Shown in pieces: positions 11,198-24,708 of a stretch of DNA of 64,000 bases (within the stretch, counting starts at the first letter, position 1; each line of letters begins with the position of its first letter). The notes under the pieces are model-generated. The model had not been told where the DNA came from. It made no database searches and saw nothing but the letters and a program-made list of their open reading frames with translations. Made by a program: the position numbers and the translations under genes. Location of the stretch: contig OZ024742.1 of NCBI GenBank assembly GCA_964016885.1, positions 203,484,001 to 203,548,000 of the forward strand, given 5' to 3'. Origin of the DNA: Eledone cirrhosa (taxonomy: Eukaryota).

Positions 11198-14100
11198 TCC
11201 TTGAATCTCAGTCATTGATGTTGGTTAACTGGAAAGTCCGTTGGATTGAATATCAAGCCACTACCTGCAACCTCAGATATTCAGGACGTATCGGAGGGTT
11301 CTTGCTGTTCCAAGCAAGCATGCCTTTTGAAGCGTTCCAAAAAGCGTGAAGGGGCCGATTTTCTTTAACCATCCCTGGAAACTTTTGGAGATAGTCCCCA
11401 GTGCGCCTATGACAATCGGGATCACTTTGACTTCATGGCAGTTCCAAATCCTTTTCACCTCCCACTTTAGGTCCTGGTATCGGTTAATTTTCTCCCTCTC
11501 CTTCTCTTGCACTCTCGTGTCGAACGGGCAGGCCACATCCACAATCAGGCACGATCTTTTTTCTTTGTCCACAACCACCAGGTCAGGTCTATTGTGTTCC
11601 AGTTTTTTGTCCGTCTGTATCCTAAAATCCCACAGCACCTTCACCTGATTGTTCTCCATCACCGCCTCTGGCCTATGTTCATACCATTTCTCAGAATGTG
11701 GTAGATTGTTTACTTTGCACAGGTGCCAGTGGATCACCCTGCCCATCACATCGTGTCTCCAGCCCTTATAGTGGGTCTGGGCTAGGTGTTTACACTCGGA
11801 CACAATGTGAGCCACAGTCTCCTCTCTCTCTCCACAGATCCTGCACAGTGGGCTGGCCTCCTCCTTGTAGATATGGTGCTTCAACCACTTCGTTTTGAGG
11901 GCCTGCTCCTGCGCAGCCATTAGCATTCCTTCTGTAGCCTTTTTGAGGTCTCCTCTTCTCAACCAGTTCCATGTCTGTGGATCTCTAAATTCAGTTTTCT
12001 CAAAGAAGGTACTATGAAGGGGTTTTCCCTTAAGGCTGCTCTTCCTCCTTGATGTTATTTCCTCCCTGGACATCCCCTGGCCTACTGTCCCCTCTTTCAG
12101 TACAGCTCTGAGCATTGGCTCCTTACTATAGGTCACGTATTTGTATAGGTTGTTTTTCTCCATCTGAACACAGTCCTCTATGCTGATAAGACCTCTTCCA
12201 CCCTCAGATCTCCTTAGGTAGAGTCTATCGACATCACTCCTCTTGTGGAACATGTTGTAGATAGTTAATAGCTTCCTAGTCTTCCTATCCATTTCTTTCT
12301 GTTCAGCAACATTCCATCTCAGAATTCCCGCACTGTACCTAATAATAGACACAGCTCGGGAATTTACTGCGCTTATGGCATTTCTGCTGTTCAGATGTGA
12401 CTTCAATACGCTCCTTACTCTCCGAATCTATTCAGTTCTTAACAATTCTTTCATTTTTTTGTTCTTTATGCCATCAGCCTCCAGAACGCCCAAATACTTG
12501 TATCCTTCCTCAGAGTCAATTTCCTTTATCATCTCACCTGTTGGTATCTGGATCCCGTTACTTCTGCTCAACCTACCCCTCTTCATCACAAGGACTCCAC
12601 ATTTACCAATACCAAACTGCATACATATATCACTGCTGAAAATACGGACAGTGTCAACAAGCACATCCAACTCCTTCTCACTTTTCCCGAAGAGCTTAAG
12701 ATCGTCCATGAAGAGGAGGTGATTGATGGTAAGCTCTCCCCTTCCCAACTTGTATCCTGCTCTCACTTTTCGCAGCATAATGGTCAGGGGCATCAGGGCA
12801 AGGACAAACAACAGAGGGGACAGGCTATCTCCCTGGAAGATACCTCTCTTGATCTTCACGCTTCCCAAGGATACTCCAGTTGATGTCAACTCTGTCTCCC
12901 AGGACCCCATACTCCTGCCTAGCAACTGTCTGATGTTATCTGCCACCCTGAAGATCTCCAGGCTTTTGGTGATCCAGGAATGAGGCACCATGTCAAATGC
13001 CTTTCTGTAGTCTATCCATCCCATGGCAAGATCAGTGTGTCTCCTCCTGCAATTCCCCATTACCATCTTATCAATAAGCAACTGGTCCTTTGTACCACGT
13101 GACTTCTTTCGGCATCCTTTCTGTTCGTCCGGTAACAAGTTGTTTGTGTGGAGGTGATGGTAGATTTCCTCAGACACAATGCTCGTCAACAATTTCCACA
13201 TTACGGGCAGACATGTGATAGGTCTATAGTTAGTAGCATCATTACCCTTGATTCGGTCTTTCATTATCAGAACTGTGGTACCTTTTGTCAACCACTCTGG
13301 CACCTCACCCGACACCAAGCAGTCATTGAACATGGCCGTCAGCTTCGGGTGGAGGGATGTTAGATGTTTAATCCAATACCCCTGCACACCATCTGGGCCT
13401 GGTGATTTCCAGTTGGTTAATTTTTTGGCTTGCCCCTTAAGAGTTTCAACTGTGATACTCAAATCAGTCTGTTGCTGTGCCTGCTCACCGATCTCCCTCT
13501 GTACCGTCTCAATCCACCCTGCCTGGGCATTGTGTCTAACATCCTGCTCCCATATTCCTCTCCAGAATGTTTTAGTTTGCTCCGCCCCAGGGATCAAGTC
13601 GTTGCCTCTTTCTTTGCCCTCAAGCTGTCCAAACAGCATCTTCTGGTTGTTGTCGAACATGCGGTTCTGTTTATACTGGCTGACTCTGTTCTCGTATCGC
13701 CTGATTTTTGCACTCTTTGCTACAATGCGTTGCTTCAATTCCTCTATGATAATATTTAGCTTTTTACTCCTAGTTTTGTATTTTATTTCCAGTCTATTTT
13801 TAGTGCCTATGTTTTTAGTGTCCCATTCAGTAGTGACTCAAGCTTTCCTATGTCATTTCTCATTTCCCCGATTTGCCCACTCAGTCGCTTCTTCCACCAC
13901 GGCTCTGCTCTTTCTTGTCTGTTGTTTCCTCTCGCTTTTATACCAAGTAGTTTCCTCACCGTATTTGCTGTTGCTCTGAGGATATTGTTGCACTGGTGAA
14001 GGCTCCTCGCCTCAAGGTATGGGATGACTTTGTTTACCTTAGCTGTTGTTTCTTTTAACTTTTTCCTGTCTACAAATCTTAGGTTCATAGGTCTCCCACT

Positions 14101-15738
14101 ATCATTGTTCAATTCATCTACCACTAAATTTAGGATGTCAACCGAATCTTGTCCTAGCCCGTCAGCATTCATCTCCTCAGTGGCCGTATCTCTGTTCCAG
14201 GTATTATTTATCTCAGTACTCAGATCATTGTCTGCTTCGGGTGGTTCCACCGTTCTCAGGACCTCCTCACCTTCATTTCCCACCGGCTCGCTTGTCTGGC
14301 ATACTACACCCGCCATCTCCAAGCCATTCTCTCTGCTCAGTTCCTCCAGTTCCAGCTCGCTTATCCACCCATTAGTTCTTATTACCCGAGCCTGCCCGGC
14401 CAATTTTTGTTCATCTAATTTAAATAAACCAATCTCGTTCCAGATGTTATGCATCCGTCTCCTGTAGCCCCTCTCCTTGGGGTTACTTTTCAGGTAGCAT
14501 TGCATAACAGTTCTATTCAATTCTTTCGTCCAGTTGGTTCTGGCCCCTTTCCTTCTTCTCCTTCCTCCAACATCAGCAGTATTTGGTTGACAGTCAGGTT
14601 CCTGCTGCTGAGCCAGGGGGCACCTGTTGGGTGAGAGTCTGTCACATGACGTTCTAGTCTCCATTTCACCGTTATTCGAACTGTTTATGTTCGATATTTA
14701 AACACTCTTATCGAGGATTGGCGAATGTATGTTTACATAGCCATCTGTGGATCCGCCATCCCACTTGGCCCTTGTGTGGCATTATCACCACGCTGTATAC
14801 GAACACACATAAACAAACAAACACACAGGCAGAAAGGGCCCCAGAAATGAATAAGCATAAGTTTCATTGTAATGTAGTGTTCGAATGTCTGACTTAGTTT
14901 TAGTTTTTTAAGTTTTACTTTTTCCCCCCTCTTCTCTGTCCGTCCGCCTGCTTCTCTCTTCATTCTTATTTTCTTTACGTTTTTGGGGTTTCTTTTTTTT
15001 GTTTTTGTTTTTCTCTGTTTGTTTTTCTCGTTTTTTGCTGTTGTTGCTGTGCTGCTTTGGTTTTGTTGTTTGTTTTTTCTTTTTTCTTTTGGGTCTATCT
15101 ATATATTTTGATGCCTTCCTCTTTGTTAGTAGTAGGAATTCTATAATGTGGAAGTAGCAGCCAGCAGGGAAGTGGGAGACTGGCGGCGTTAGCGATACTG
15201 AGACAGTGGTGGTGGTGATGTCGATACCGAGGCAGTGGTGGCGGTGATGTGACCGTATTACTGTAGTGATGGTGCTGTAGCGGAGTCAAGGGGTGGTGGC
15301 GGCGGTGATGGGATAGTGGTGGTAATGATGGCCGTAGTGAGCGGTGGCGGTGAAGGTGAAAATGTGTCGTTATCTGGCTGTTGTGTTTAGTGTACACAGA
15401 TGATGGGGTGGGTGGTGTATCTAGTTTCTGGTGTTGGTGAGTTTAGCTGTCCTATATAGTGTAGCCAGAGGAGAGGAGGGGAGGGGTTCTTCTTCCATTA
15501 TAGCCATTTTTTTTTTTTTTTTTTTTTGATATACAGTGTACAATACAAAGTTGAATATTTGAATATTTGAGCCTTATAACAATATATTTTGGGTCCGAAT
15601 TTTTTGGGGCTCAAGCCGGGTGCTTTACGTAGCATTTGTGCTAAGAGTTGTTATTTCACAAATGGTTTAAATATGTTAAAAATTCAAAACTTACGGGAGC
15701 GATTTCATGACCTCCGTCACCTCGTGCGTCTTCTTCCC

Positions 15739-15739
<1 letters not shown>
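11198..15739 (-). mobile_element. R4/Dong-like RLE non-LTR retrotransposon B (second family); 5' boundary tentative
   Basis: 3' end abuts (TAA)n at 11144-11197. ORFs 13807-14664, 12428-13738 (WIDYRKAFD, GIFQGDSLSP, FMDD) and 11273-12406 (CCHC + RPDLVV RLE). The next (TAA)n tract upstream starts at 15740 and is taken as the 5' flank. Confidence 0.85.
11273..14664 (-). pseudogene. RT-RLE polyprotein of element B with one frameshift (~13800) and one in-frame stop (12428)
   Basis: 12428-13738 and 11273-12406 are in the same frame across a single TAG; 13807-14664 is in a different frame. Confidence 0.85.
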
Positions 15740-15778
<39 letters not shown>

Positions 15779-15794
15779 GTATTAGTATTATTAC

Positions 15795-15838
<44 letters not shown>

Positions 15839-16058
15839 GAGATAACAGGTTATCGTTATAGGCAGTCCACTTAGATGTAGTCCAGCTAGAGTACTCCGTG
15901 TAGTGGATGGTATTAACGTGTGGCTTAGTTTGACTCAACAAGACGTTTCCATAGTGATGCTGCGAGTTCGCGGTGATTTCTATGTAGTGATGATTTGTAT
16001 TACAATTCAAGAAATAAGAGTGATATGGTTTGCTATACAATAAAGGCTTCATTCACAT

Positions 16059-16141
16059 TGCTGACAATTGTTTCTTTGATCTGGTAGGTCTAGAGTTCGC
16101 TACTCGCTTGATGTTTATAACCAGTCGTTTTCATCAGAGCA
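16059..16141 (-). ncRNA. Type I hammerhead ribozyme (inverted, internally shortened copy of 16981-17090)
   Basis: Minus strand TGCT-CTGATGA-..-GAAACAATTGTC-AGCA. Confidence 0.55.
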
Positions 16142-16980
16142 CGCGAAAGTGAGGAAGATACACAAGGCATGGCTTTTATAGAGGAGTGGTATTAAACCAG
16201 AACAATAATATCAATAATAAAATAACTAGATACTGAATAGTTAAAATAATTGTTTCTACTTTAGGCACAAGGCCAGCAATTACCCAGTGCATTACTGGTA
16301 CTTTATTTAAAATAAAACATCAATATAAGTAAGAAATAGAGTATAATCTAGCATATTAAACGAACTGATATGATACAGATGTATGAAATTGACATGTGAA
16401 AACTGCTATAGGGTACATTAGATGTAGTGTTAAGGTGGTGAAGAGATAACTGATAAAATGTACTTGGGGTCAGGATTTATGAGGTATATGCGTTTGCTGT
16501 AGGTTTGAAAGCACTGTGGCAATAAACCGGAGATTTATTTATTGTTTGACAGATAAACATTTTCGTTGTATTAATTTAGTGAGAATGATAGGGTGGGTGC
16601 AAAGAAATATATAATTTTTATGTGGTGTTAAGTGAAGTTGTAGATTCGTTATTTAAGTGGCCTATTCTAAAAGTTGGGAATGTTAGTTCTAATCATGTGG
16701 GTTTAGTTTTCACAACATCAATAACAAATAGTGTATAAATAAGACAATAATAACAACAATAATAGAGACAATAAAAGTAATAAAATAGTAAAATATGCAT
16801 GGTAGATAAAGAGAACATGATGAATAATATTAGGGATACATTGAGATGATCATAACAATAATAAGAGGGAAATAAGATTTCAAGAGGTGTGGGAGTAGTA
16901 AGATAATGTACTTAGAATTAAGTTCATCTGTTAGAGATCATGAGTGCTAATATGAGATACGTAGATATAATTGTTTCGCG

Positions 16981-17090
16981 TGCTCTGATGAAAACGACTG
17001 GTTATAAACAAAGTATTGGAGATGGATTGACGCAACATCAAGCGAGTAGCGAACTCTAGATCTACCAGATCAAAGAAACAATTGTCAGCA
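16981..17090 (+). ncRNA. Type I hammerhead ribozyme with large stem II domain
   Basis: TGCT-CTGATGA(16985)-~83 nt-GAAA(17075)-CAATTG-TC-AGCA; palindromic stem III ACAATTGT. 16020-16150 and 16975-17130 form an inverted pair. Confidence 0.6.
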
Positions 17091-17989
17091 ATATGAATAA
17101 AGTCTTTATTGTATAGCAAACCATGTCATTCTTCTTTCTAGAATTATATATATATATATATAACAAATATATATGGATAATATACATTACATATATGTAA
17201 TTTACATTACATCCCTCACTAGTTATGAAACTAAGGTAGCACAGGCAATCAAAACCCGGCTGATGCTGCCCTTTTACAACAATATCTGGATGCATAATAC
17301 AAATGAACTAAGGACAACAACATGCAATTTAAAACCTTACAATATCAACATGCAAACACAAGGACAGTTCAACAAAGCTACAATGGATCAGGAGGAATCG
17401 AAATCCCTGTGTCGAAATCGATACGAGATCTGAGTATAGACATGAGCGATGATGCATCGTTTCATGAAAATGGTGACAATGCGCCGACGACTTGCTGGCT
17501 GGATCTTGAGAACTTTCAAAACAAGAGGTATGTTGGTATTATGGAGGACATCTGTCCTAAGCCGACTTGATTGTAGTCACCCCGTAGTGTCAAACTAACC
17601 AATTCAACGAAGCTTTCTACACCGAGAGGATTGCCAGGATGAAGGAGTTGCGCAGTAGAGTAGTTATCAATGGACATTTTTGAGGCAGTTACAAAACTTT
17701 CAATGGTGCGAAAAGTTAAAACATTTTCGTCCGGAGTAAACACAAAGTTAAGAAAGTGTTACTCCATTCATAAAATGACCAAGTGTACATCTGGATAGAA
17801 GAAGTTCATTTGACTGACGATTAGGCGGGCAAATTTAAATTGTAAACAAAGAGATTTACACAGAATACGTATCTTATAATTTGTATAAGAAAGAGATAGA
17901 CATGAAGAATCACTGATTCTTATTTTATCGACCTCGAAGGGATTTGAACTTATAGCGCCAGAGCGAATTATGCAAGCCAATTCACAGCC

Positions 17990-18021
<32 letters not shown>

Positions 18022-18630
18022 AATATTAAAAATATTAAAAATAAAATATTAAAAAAATAATGAATAAAACAATGAAACAGTTCCTTATATTAAACAAAAA
18101 AAGATCATTATTTAACGATCGTTTCTAGGATACATATGTGTTAGAATTGGCATGCATATTCAACAGATCTCTGTACAAAATTATACAAAATTATACAAAC
18201 TATCAAGATTAAATATACATACCAAACACACATATATGCCATCTTCTTTCCATGATATCCGGACTACATTGAGTTCTTCATACGGATTGGACACTACCGT
18301 AAACTCTTGGTAGATTTATCTACATATATATATATATATATATAATTTAAAAAAAATAAATAAAAAATGTTCGCTCTACATGGCTGATTCGAACATTTTT
18401 TATTTATTTTTTATTTAAATGTGGCAAAGCCGGCCATTTATCACTCGTGTACAGGAAACTGACTGGCCAGTCTGCTGATATGTAAATCTGGCTGATCAGT
18501 GGATCTGCTAATATGCAGATCTGACTGATCAGACAGTCTACTAATTTGCAAATCAGGCCGATCAGTCACTGTATATTTTAGAAAATAGCATATATTTTCA
18601 CTTGCTCTGACAGTTTGGCAGGTGAACAGT

Positions 18631-18676
18631 GAGCTGTACTGATGAAGGGTGATACCCAGAAACATGTCTGCAGTTC
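18631..18676 (+). ncRNA. Type I hammerhead ribozyme
   Basis: GAGCTGTA-CTGATGA-AGGGTGATACCCA-GAAACATGTC-TGCAGTTC. Stem I pairing extends out to CTTGCTC/GAGCAAG (18601-18702). Preceded by ~30-bp tandem repeats at 18465-18570. Confidence 0.8.
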
Positions 18677-19188
18677 TGTTTACATGCCAACACATGAGCA
18701 AGAATGAAGGTTTCATTCTACTGACATGGCTATAAAAATGAGGCTTGTTTGTATAATTGCAAACGAATTAATATTCGAAAAACTCAGATTACATTTATAT
18801 ATATATATATATGTGTGTGTGTGTATATATATATTTAATAAACTGCGACCGCCTCTGTTGGTCAACACTAGCAGAGAGCGAAAGAGAGCATCGGACAGAA
18901 ATATGAACTTTCCTCTCTAAATATGTAAGAAAAAATTAATAATTTCTTTTCCTCATTTTATAAATATTCATATAAATATGTACTTTAACTGCACTATACA
19001 CTTCCGTCGTTGAAAAAGCATATAATGCTGAAAATGGTAGAGGATTAAATGAGGAAATCTCTACTTTATAAATAAATGTTTTGATATTATACTGAAAAAA
19101 TCCCTCCAGTATTTTCTACTGTATTTTTTTTCCGTTTTATTATTTGTTTATATATCGCCCTTGTGGCCAATAAATGAAATCATTATTT

Positions 19189-19243
<55 letters not shown>

Positions 19244-19253
19244 AACAAGTTTT

Positions 19254-19298
<45 letters not shown>

Positions 19299-19301
<3 letters not shown>

Positions 19302-19492
19302 AACAAGTATGACCCCGACGGCAGAGCTCAAGTTGTTTCGACGGCTAATTCCAGTTCAGAATTAGCCGTCGAAACGGCTTGAGCTCTGCCGTCGGGGTCA
19401 TACTTGTTCCTATTACCCACTCTACTACCCTAAGTATTGAATACTTTGGTGCGTTATGGTCCATCTGGTTCCTTACCACATTTCCTTCGTTA
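19299..19492 (+). mobile_element. Short PLE 3'-end remnant with 5' inversion (same family as 4141)
   Basis: Inverted arms around GCTAATTC-CAGTTCA-GAATTAGC; hammerhead 3' half; (TA)n flanks. Confidence 0.65.
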
Positions 19493-19739
19493 TATATATA
19501 TATGAGAGAGAAAGAGAGAGAAAGATGGGTACAAGTGTCCTTGATTCGAATAAAAGAATATATCTAAATTAGAAGTGATAGCTGGTGTTGGTTTCTTCAA
19601 CTTAAATGATTTAACTCATAGATAACCTATAAATAAATATACACTTACAATCTCTGTGGCACACACAGACACATAAACACATAACCTGGCTCTCAATCAC
19701 TGGTGCGTATGGATGTGTGTATGTGTCTGTATAAAGACC

Positions 19740-20300
19740 TGCAATCGTATATATGAATTCATAGGCCGTTTCTCCTGAGGGTTGTTGGGGCAGAATTCTC
19801 AAAAATTCCTTCCACCAGGTCCTGTCAGAAGCACTCGTCTCCAATTGATCCTACTAGATCTCCAAGCGATAACAGCCGAGCTCATGGATATTATCCAACC
19901 ATTTTGCTCGAGGTTTACCCTTGGGTCTCCTGCCGGTTGGTTTTGCTTATAAAATCTGTCTAGCGATTATTTCCTGAGCCATTCTAACTACATACCCGTA
20001 ATATCGATGAAATAGTGGCTCTACCTGGAGTGACTCTTTGATATCCGAGCTACGCACTCTATCGAGTAATATTACGCCAAACACCCTTCGGTGGAACGCT
20101 ATTTCGGCTACTTGTATTCGTGATCGTATTATTTCAGACATTACCCAAGATTCATGACCAATACTGAATTGAAAATAGAGAGTTTGGCTTTTACACAAAC
20201 CTCCCTTCTTCTAATCATGGAATGCTGAAGCTGGGGAATTACTGCTCCAGCTCCTGTAACTCTTGCATTTAATTCAGCCTACTATCAACTCGGCTCTGGG
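19740..20300 (-). mobile_element. RTE-clade LINE 3' fragment (degenerate)
   Basis: ORF 19947-20198 GHESWVMSEIIRSRIQVAEIAFHRRVFGVILLDRVRSSDIKESLQVEPL is typical of an RTE C-terminus; homologous to 25468-25870. Confidence 0.7.
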
Positions 20301-21208
20301 ATACTTGAACTTCACCACCAGGCCTCTAAATACACATATATACAGAAATACACACACATTCATTTAATAACAAGTAATGTGTATATACTAGTTTATATCT
20401 ACGCATCCATATGCATGTGTGTGTGTGCGTGTTTCTGTGAAAGAGAGAGAGAGAGAGAGTAAGTGAAAGAAAGAGAAAGAAATCAGTAGGCTAAAATATC
20501 TAAAGAGAAATATAACATTTATGTTAGAATTAAAAATGAGCCACTTTCTATTTCATAAAGGATATTCTACAGCTTTTTAACTGTCTTGCTGCCATTCCAT
20601 TAGAACTTTCAGACTTTCTCCATCAGTTTCCTTAAATTTGCCCTTGTCACATAAGCGGATAAACGGCGGGATTTTTACTTTTACTTCATGAATTTTTCTT
20701 GTGAGAATCTGGTTATATTGGATCGTCAAGTATAAAATTTGTAGAGATTTGCTGTTTTTTTTCTAAAAATTTCTACAAGTTTCATACTTGACGATCCAAA
20801 ATATACCAAACTTTGTGAAAATTCATGGAGTGTTACACGTATAATGATATTTATACGAAGCTGATAATTCTGACGATCACGACACCGAATTTCCCGCGTC
20901 TGAGCCAACATACTTCAGAGCAGACAGAATTAAATATTGAAATTACACCTCTCGAATAAAACGAAATATCAAAACTTGCCACCAGTATATCACAACCACC
21001 ACCACCCCCAGAAACTCTTGTATTATATTCATGAATCATAAATGTAAAAATAGACATATATTAAATGTTCCTCTTTTCATCTCTATCTCCGTTTTTATCT
21101 TCCTGTATTTTTACATCCCATTCTCTCTCTCCCTCTCTCCCTCTCTCTCTGTATATATATTTATACATATACATATATACACATATATATTGAAATATAT
21201 AGAAATAT

Positions 21209-21257
<49 letters not shown>

Positions 21258-21443
21258 TATATATATGTATAAATATATACACTGTGGACTTACATTTCTT
21301 GTTTATAAACACACACACACACACACACACACAGACACACACACACACACACATATATATACGTGTGTGTGTGTGTATGTATGTATGTATGAATACTCAC
21401 ATACACGCACACACATGTATATATATATATATAATGGCCGGCG

Positions 21444-21535
<92 letters not shown>

Positions 21536-21538
<3 letters not shown>

Positions 21539-21682
21539 AACGAGTCCAGAATTAGCCGTCGAAACGGCTTGACCTCAGCCGTTGGGGTCCTACTCGTTCC
21601 TATTACCCACTCTACTACCCTAAGTATTGAGTACTTTGGTGCGTTATCGTCCACCTGGTTCCTTACCACATTTCCTTCGTTA
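21536..21682 (+). mobile_element. Short PLE 3'-end remnant (same family as 4141/19299) with a ~10-bp inversion
   Basis: GGAACGAGT then CAGAATTAGCCGTCGAAACGGC..ACTCGTTCC..CCTTCGTTATATA. Confidence 0.6.
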
Positions 21683-21724
21683 TATATAAAATATATATAT
21701 ATACATGTGTGTGTGTGTGTGTGT

Positions 21725-21815
<91 letters not shown>

Positions 21816-22104
21816 CGTGTATATATATATATATATATTCACTTGTATATTCATAACCAACTACTACTAATACTACCACCACTACTTCTACAAACACGAT
21901 TGCTAGTACTACTACTAAAAATAGCATCCGAAACTCTTTCAAATTGTTTTTATCCCGCACAGTAGTTAATGTTCGTCACGGCTGGAACGACTTCCACTTT
22001 AGTTCTACTGAACAAGGTATGTCCTGGGATGCAAAACAACAACTCTTACTACCATATCAGAACCTACTGCAACTACTACTATTAATACTACTACTAGTAC
22101 CACC

Positions 22105-22192
<88 letters not shown>

Positions 22193-22268
22193 TGTGCATT
22201 AGTATTGCAACTGTTGCTGATTTTTAATCTGTAGCACCCCCATTCGCACTCTCTCTCTCTCTCTCTCG

Positions 22269-22299
<31 letters not shown>

Positions 22300-22337
22300 T
22301 ATATATATATTGATATATATATATATATATATATACA

Positions 22338-22406
<69 letters not shown>

Positions 22407-22470
22407 TTATATATATATATATATAGTGACGAAACATAAGTCAATTGCATGAACTCATAATCCTTTATTT

Positions 22471-22526
22471 ACTGCTATATATATTTCGATGATAGCCATT
22501 GAGTGGCTATGACCTCATCAGGCAGT
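22471..22526 (-). ncRNA. Type I hammerhead ribozyme
   Basis: Minus strand ACTGC-CTGATGA-GGTCATAGCCA(CTCAA)TGGCTATCATC-GAAATATATATA-GCAGT. Confidence 0.75.
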
Positions 22527-22585
22527 TAGTCAGTTCTTAGATATGCCAGCTCTGTGTTTATGGTGTTGATGGTATCAGAGCCTTG

Positions 22586-22691
<106 letters not shown>

Positions 22692-23124
22692 ATCTATATA
22701 TATATATCTATATATCACACACACACATACAGCATACATAATACTTTACATAAGCTATACACTTCACACATACAAATACACACTCACGCACACACTATAA
22801 CCTACACATGTACATACTACACACTAAACTCTACACACGTACAAATAATACACAGAGAAGCACAGCATATACACACATAAGCAGACACATAGTTCACACA
22901 CAGCATACATACTACACACACTAAACACCACATACATACAAATAATACAGAGAAATACAAACACAGTATAGTCCACACATAAACACAGACGTAGTACACA
23001 CGTAACGTACATTCAACACACATATACATACGCTATATATTACACATATATCTACATAATACACACACGCACAGACTTCCAGCTGTGACCAGTAAATAAG
23101 CCTTACATTAACTAGCAGCGCCAC

Positions 23125-23195
<71 letters not shown>

Positions 23196-24708
23196 CTCAC
23201 TATCACTTCTCCCCTTCCTCCTCCTACTGATCCGCAATATCCCCCCCCCCCCTTTCTTAATCTCTGTTCTCTCTAATAATTCTCCCCAAAATATCCCCGT
23301 TTCCGGCTGTCCCATCGCCAACGTCATTAACCAAGAGAGAGGCCTCTACATGGTTGCTCCTTGACCTGCTAGAAACAGTAACGAAATCCTTTCAAATTGC
23401 ATGTTAGACGATGGGGTACCAGGTTGCCTGAGTGTAACAAAAACGCAGGATAATAATCACGGCTGGAACCGAATGTTCTTTTGTTTTGTTTTTGTTACCA
23501 TAACAAGGGAGCCTGGCTATGATTACTCGGTCAGCTAGAAATAGCAGCCAAAACTCCTTCAAATCACATGCTGCTGACTTTTAAAACGAACACGTTAGAT
23601 AATTGTTTCTACTTTAGGCACAAGGCCAGCAATTACCCAGTGCATTACTGGTACTTTATTGTATCGACCTCGTAAGGATGAAAGGCAATGACCCTATGTT
23701 GCCTGTGTATAGAAAAAAAACGAGATGGTCACAGCTAGATTGTGGAACAGCTTTAATCATAAGCCCTCTGTCATTCAAACTCTCCCTAAAACTCTTATGA
23801 GATGACACTTCATAGGGGCCTGCTGAACCTATACCACAACATTAACTTCGTTGCTCGATCTGCTGGAAATAGCAACCAAATTTCAATAAAATCAATACCA
23901 TCGTTAAAATGGACTGAGGAGTCTCCTGTATTTGGATAAATGATGATAAGGTCACGACTAGAATGGAGTGCGTTTGATCCTGTAGCTGATTATTCAACCA
24001 GCTAGAAATAGCAACCAAATCGTTGAATTGCATGCCCCTGCCTTTTAAAACAGGCACAATGGATATTAAGGGCCTAGGTTGTGTGCACAACGGAAGTAAG
24101 TTGGGATGGTTGTAATTGGAAGGGAATACCTTTGATCATAGGTCGACACAAAACAAAGACAGTGTACACATGAGCCTTTTCCAAGGCTTCTTGTGAAAGG
24201 TGGATAGGAGGGAGGGTACTATCCTCAGACTAGATAATTGGCCCAAATATTTGCAACAGAATCCAATCTGCTAAAGACACCCAAGGCCAAGAGGACATAT
24301 GAAACCGGATGACAGAGAGAAATATTCCACCGAAGAACGAGAATATTTCGTCCCCCAGGCTTTCACTCAAATTCCGCTCATAAGACTTTTCTTGAACCAA
24401 TTCTATGGAAGAAGATAGTTAATCATGTTGCCACACAGAGAGATTGAACCTGAATTTCCTGACCCCCAAATATATGTCCTAGGTTTGGTTGGGAATCATA
24501 ATGAATTCTTGGGTAAGAGGGGGTTGAATTATTGGACTTGAAAATTTTAATTTAGAATCTCCATAAATGCTGTGTTGGTTTCATTGATCCTCCTATGTAA
24601 ATCACTGATCATCTCTGAGCTGATTTGCTTGAGTTTTGACCACGAACATTGTCAGATTGATTTTACACCATATGTGATATTTTAAGTATGAGACACCATA
24701 TATATTTG

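Noticed and set aside
10305-14634. Plus-strand ORFs overlapping the Dong-like elements (e.g. 13248-13979, 243 aa)
   Set aside because: Antisense shadows of the RT frames with no recognisable motifs.
24130-24660. Possible decayed LINE RT fragment
   Set aside because: Composition looks coding-like but I could not read a diagnostic motif.
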